Shown piece after piece: positions 56,741-64,000 of a DNA stretch of 64,000 nt (position 1 is its first letter; each line of letters starts with the position of its first letter). A program made the position numbers and the translations under genes. The notes below the pieces were generated by a model. It had not been told where the DNA came from. It did no database searches and worked only from the letters and a program-made list of their open reading frames with translations. Origin of the DNA: Acidobacteriota bacterium (lineage in GTDB: Bacteria; Acidobacteriota; Thermoanaerobaculia; Thermoanaerobaculales; Sulfomarinibacteraceae); contig JASJGQ010000261.1 in NCBI GenBank assembly GCA_033791425.1, forward strand, positions 3,068 to 67,067, written 5' to 3'.

Positions 56741-58135
56741 ATGGCAAAAGAGCGCGCGCAGTGGACCGGTCGCCTCGGTTTTGTTCTGGCCGCATCGGGG
56801 AGCGCCATCGGCCTCGGAAACCTCTGGAAGTTTCCCTACATCACGTACGAGAACAACGGTGGTGCCTTTGTGCTCGTCTATCTGGCGGCCATCGCCGTGG
56901 TCGGCGTGCCAATCATGGTGGCGGAGGTACTGCTCGGCCGGCGAAGCCAGAAAAATCCGGTCGGCGCCTTTCGAGTGCTCGCCGAGGGCAAGCCCGGCGG
57001 ACGCTGGTGGCAAGCTGTCGGTTTTCTCGGTGTGATGACGGGCTTTGTCATCCTCTCCTACTACAGTGTCGTCGCCGGTTGGACCATTCGCTACATCTTG
57101 CTGGCGGTTTCGGGGAAGCTGGCGGGCCTCGCGCACCACCCCGAAGCCCTGCAATCGTTCTTCGGTGAGTTCTTGAGTTCCCCATACCAGCAGGTCTTCT
57201 ATCACTGCCTCTTCATGGGGGCGACTATCGGGATCGTCTATTTCGGTGTCGGACGAGGCATCGAACGAGCGGCCAAGCTCCTGATGCCGATTCTGTTGTC
57301 GATCCTCGTCATGCTGGTGGTGTACTCGTTCTGGACTCCTGGCTTCGGCGAAGCAATGCGCTTTATCTTTCGGCCGAATTTCAGCGAACTGACCGCCGGC
57401 GGTGTGCTCGAGGCCCTGGGCCACAGCTTCTTCACCCTCAGCCTGGGGATGGGCGCCATGCTCACGTATGGCAGCTATATGCGAAAGCGCGACTCGATTC
57501 CACGGGCGGCGCTGACCATCTGCGCGATGGACACCATGATCGCGATCATGGCGTGTATCGTCATGTTTTCGATTATTTTCAGCTTCGACTTCGAGGTAAC
57601 GAAGAGCTCGACCATTCTCTTCACGACCCTGCCGGTGGTGTTCTTTCAGCTGCCCGGAGGATCAGCCGTGAGCGCGCTCTTTTACGTGTTGGTCGGCTTT
57701 GCCGCGTTGACCAGCACCATCAGCCTGCTCGAAGTCGTCTCGAGCTACGCCATCGATGAACTCGGTTGGCGTCGTCAACGGGCGACACTGACGATGGGCG
57801 CGGCCATCCTCGTCTTCGGCACGCTCAGCGCCGTCAGCCTCGGGGGCAACGCAACCCTGTCCAGCATCAACTTCATCGGCCGACCCTCGACGGCCGGCGT
57901 CTTTGGGACCCTCGACTATCTCGCCAGCAACTGGTTCCTTCCGGTTGGCGGGCTTTTCATTGCTCTCTTCACGGGCTGGGTGCTCGGCCGTGACGAGAGC
58001 CGAGAGGAACTCGAGAAGGGGAATGGTCCGATCGGTTGGGCCTTTCCATTGTGGCGCTTTCTCATCAGGATTGCGGCCCCGATCGCCGTCGGCGCCATCA
58101 TCGTCAGTGTGATCCTGGGCGCCGAATACCAGTAG
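56741..58135 (+). CDS. Sodium-dependent transporter, neurotransmitter:sodium symporter (NSS/SNF) family
   Basis: The N-terminal signature is GFVLAASGSAIGLGNLWKFPY...NGGGAF, with about 11-12 TM helices. I trimmed to ATG 56741, which is preceded by a G-rich SD. Confidence 0.9.
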   Translation: MAKERAQWTGRLGFVLAASGSAIGLGNLWKFPYITYENNGGAFVLVYLAAIAVVGVPIMVAEVLLGRRSQKNPVGAFRVLAEGKPGGRWWQAVGFLGVMTGFVILSYYSVVAGWTIRYILLAVSGKLAGLAHHPEALQSFFGEFLSSPYQQVFYHCLFMGATIGIVYFGVGRGIERAAKLLMPILLSILVMLVVYSFWTPGFGEAMRFIFRPNFSELTAGGVLEALGHSFFTLSLGMGAMLTYGSYMRKRDSIPRAALTICAMDTMIAIMACIVMFSIIFSFDFEVTKSSTILFTTLPVVFFQLPGGSAVSALFYVLVGFAALTSTISLLEVVSSYAIDELGWRRQRATLTMGAAILVFGTLSAVSLGGNATLSSINFIGRPSTAGVFGTLDYLASNWFLPVGGLFIALFTGWVLGRDESREELEKGNGPIGWAFPLWRFLIRIAAPIAVGAIIVSVILGAEYQ

Positions 58136-58310
58136 CCCGCATATCTCATCGGGTTTCGTTGCGGGTGTGGCGAGGCGCTGTGACCAGTGGGGGTTTCGCG
58201 GCGCAGGGGTTCACACGACAGTACATCGAGCACCACACGGCAGAAAGCACCGCCGGTTGCGGTGTATCGCCACCCGCAGTAAGAAGCTGGTCAGATATGC
58301 AGGGTAAGGA

Positions 58311-58717
58311 TCAGGGCCCGCCACCCGCAGCGATGAGCTTTCGCGCCTCGGCAAGACGCAGGGCAGCATCGAGTTCGTCGAAGTCTTCTGCCGGCGCTGT
58401 CTTGAGCCTCTCCGTGGCCTCGGCGTGAGCCTGGACAGCCAGCTCGAGATCGATTTGGTCTGCCGTTTCAGCCACCGAAGCGAGCACGGTCACGGCGTCG
58501 GGCTGGATCTCAGCAAAACCACCCTGGACCACCAGGCGGCCCGCTTCCGAACCCTCGATCCACTTCAGTTCGCCGGTTCCCAACGAGGTCAACAACGGCG
58601 TGTGACCCGGCAGAATCCCGAGTTCGCCGAGCGCCCCGGGAACCCGGACCTCGCTGGCGCGGACTTCGAGGACACGACGCGACGGTGTGACCACTTCGAG
58701 GCGCAGCGTGTCGGTCA

Positions 58718-58718
<1 letters not shown>
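58311..58718 (-). CDS. atpC: F1 ATP synthase subunit epsilon
   Basis: It is 135 aa, with LEVVTP...GILPGHTPLL. It immediately follows atpD. Confidence 0.9.
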
Positions 58719-62569
<3,851 letters not shown>

Positions 62570-63121
62570 TTACCCCTGTTCGATCTCTATCTCTTTGCTC
62601 AGACGATCCAGTTCTCCGGAAAGCGAGCCATCAAAGACCCGCGACCCCACCTGCAATCGGAAACCCCCGAGGAGCTCCGGTCTTTCTTTGAATTCAGCAA
62701 CCACATCGACGCCCTCGATGGCGGAAATCGCGCTCACCAGCTGACTGCGCTCGGAGTCGTCGAGACCAACTGCAGTTTCAACCTGGGCGCGGGTGCGGCC
62801 GAGGCGGGTGTCCATGATCTCCCGATATGCCGTCGCTATGTCCGCCATGTGCTGCATGCGGTAGTGCTGTTGCACCACGTGGAGGAATCGGCGAGTCGGT
62901 TGACCGATCTCGAGGGCCTCCAGGACGGCATCCAAGACTTCGGTCTTCTTTTCAACAGCAACGGTCGGCGTCACCAGCACCCGCTCGAACTCCGGCACCT
63001 CGGCGAGCGCCGCCGCCACCGCGTCGAGCTCGGACGCCACCTCTTCCTGCCTTTGAGGGCTGTCTTTCTGGACGACCGTCAACAGGGCCTTTGCATACGG
63101 AAGGGCTCTGAAACGGCCCAT
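62570..63121 (-). CDS. atpH: F1 ATP synthase subunit delta (OSCP)
   Basis: It is about 183 aa, sits between atpF and atpA, and has the N-terminus ALPYAKALL. I trimmed to ATG 63121. Confidence 0.8.
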   Translation of the reverse strand: MGRFRALPYAKALLTVVQKDSPQRQEEVASELDAVAAALAEVPEFERVLVTPTVAVEKKTEVLDAVLEALEIGQPTRRFLHVVQQHYRMQHMADIATAYREIMDTRLGRTRAQVETAVGLDDSERSQLVSAISAIEGVDVVAEFKERPELLGGFRLQVGSRVFDGSLSGELDRLSKEIEIEQG

Positions 63122-63122
63122 C

Positions 63123-63692
63123 TCAGTCCTCTCCTTCGAGCTGCCGCATGGCATCGAGGCTGCGGTCGAAGACCCGCCGGCGATCAGCGTCCGTCATGTC
63201 CCGGCTCAGGAGATCGCGCGCCAACTGCGCAGTGAGGTCCGCCGTGTCCTGGGTGAGACGGGCTCGGGTCTCCGTCTCACGGCGGCTGATCTCATCGTCC
63301 ACTCGTTTCAGAAAACGCTCTTCATCGAGGCCGGTCTGTTGCGCTATCCGCTCCGCCTCGGCAGCGCCTTCGGCCTCCGCACGAGTATGAATCTGGGCGA
63401 TCTCTTCCTCGATCTCGGCGAGGCGTTTTTTCATGTCCGCCTGAAGCTGGTCGGCTTCCTCGAGCTGGGTCCGTGCGGTTGCAAGCTCCGCTGCGATGCC
63501 CTCGCGTCGCGCGTCCAGGAACGCCGACATGGGTCGGCCGATGTAGCGTTGCAGGATGTAGAGAAAGAGCGTCAGGTTCACGGGCAGCCAGATATAGTCC
63601 GGGATCCCGAGGTGTTTGGCGCCGTTGTCGACGAGGAGGGCGAAAATCAACGCACAGACAAAGACCAGCGCCCAGCCCACGACCACCTTCAT
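63123..63692 (-). CDS. atpF: Fo ATP synthase subunit b
   Basis: A hydrophobic N-terminal region is followed by a long Ala/Glu/Arg-rich helix. Confidence 0.8.
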   Translation of the reverse strand: MKVVVGWALVFVCALIFALLVDNGAKHLGIPDYIWLPVNLTLFLYILQRYIGRPMSAFLDARREGIAAELATARTQLEEADQLQADMKKRLAEIEEEIAQIHTRAEAEGAAEAERIAQQTGLDEERFLKRVDDEISRRETETRARLTQDTADLTAQLARDLLSRDMTDADRRRVFDRSLDAMRQLEGED

Positions 63693-64000
63693 GAGGCCAT
63701 CTCCCTCCCGAGCAAGCGTCCGGCCAACAGCCTGGCCAGCTCCTCGGCTCGTCCGCGGAGATCACCCCGCGCGGCTTCGGCGTCCTTGTCGAGGGACTCA
63801 ACAACGCTGGTGAGTCGTTCGTCGGCACGCGCGCGAGCCGTTTCCAGTGCGAGGTTTCGAGCATCCGTGGCGCGTTGGCGCGCGTCGGCGCGGCTCATCG
63901 CCGCGTCCCGTGCAGCATTCTGAACCTCATCCTCGATGCGGGCGACGGCCGCGAGGTACTCCTCGTGTCGCGCCGACCATTCTTGTTTCGCGCCGTCGAT
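63689..64000 (-). CDS. Fo ATP synthase subunit b' (second b-type subunit), 5'-truncated by the window edge
   Basis: The frame is open to position 64000 (IDGAKQEWSARHEEYLAAVARIEDE...). It is a charged helical sequence that overlaps the atpF start by 4 nt. Confidence 0.65.
   Translation of the reverse strand: MDGAKQEWSARHEEYLAAVARIEDEVQNAARDAAMSRADARQRATDARNLALETARARADERLTSVVESLDKDAEAARGDLRGRAEELARLLAGRLLGREMAS

Overview
This is a visibly GC-rich bacterial chromosomal segment that is densely coding and mostly housekeeping. I found no rRNA, CRISPR array, transposase, integrase or prophage signature.

Recognisable blocks, in order:
- ftsEX, pgeF, rlmN, tatA and bolA.
- A GntR regulator with a class-V aminotransferase, then fur, tyrS and ferritin.
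- yjbQ, comF, proline dehydrogenase and udk.
- A co-directional run: pta, purD, purE, a PSP1/RicT-like gene and an Hfq-like gene.
- cysK, a DAG-kinase-like lipid kinase, ruvA and ruvB, and ppiD.
- A tightly coupled elongasome operon (FecR-like gene, mreB, mreC, mreD, mrdA, rodA, rng).
- A long minus-strand run: tRNA-Lys, tRNA-Leu, tig, clpP, clpX, lon, engB, rho and an mqn radical-SAM gene.
- An LMW phosphatase / ECF sigma / anti-sigma unit, a cutA / RsbW-like / STAS unit, lexA, tRNA-Pro and an NSS transporter.
- The F1Fo ATP synthase genes (b', b, delta, alpha, gamma, beta, epsilon).

Many very long ORFs in the track are antisense shadows of real genes, or 5' extensions into upstream DNA. I trimmed the extensions to starts supported by an SD sequence, a signal peptide or family length.

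The best candidate for something undescribed is the accessory cluster at about 13.6-19.7 kb.
- It centres on a 724-aa cytoplasmic protein that fuses a complete MglA-type small GTPase to a GAF domain and a histidine-kinase core.
- In that kinase core the H-box phospho-acceptor position reads Leu rather than His.
- Its neighbours are a convergent DUF4388 protein, a co-transcribed secreted protein, a membrane-anchored helical protein and a RimK-type ATP-grasp ligase.
- No MglB/Roadblock protein and no response regulator lies in the window.

Secondary observations:
- Three separate 7-8 bp tandem-repeat arrays sit directly 3' of minus-strand genes.
- Four genes have a -10-like hexamer 6-7 nt upstream of the ATG and no SD, so they may be leaderless.
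- A FecR-domain protein is translationally coupled to mreB.
- An atypical Hfq-like protein is present.
- The LMW-PTP gene is tightly linked to the ECF sigma / anti-sigma pair.

All family calls come from motif recognition by eye. No database search was run.
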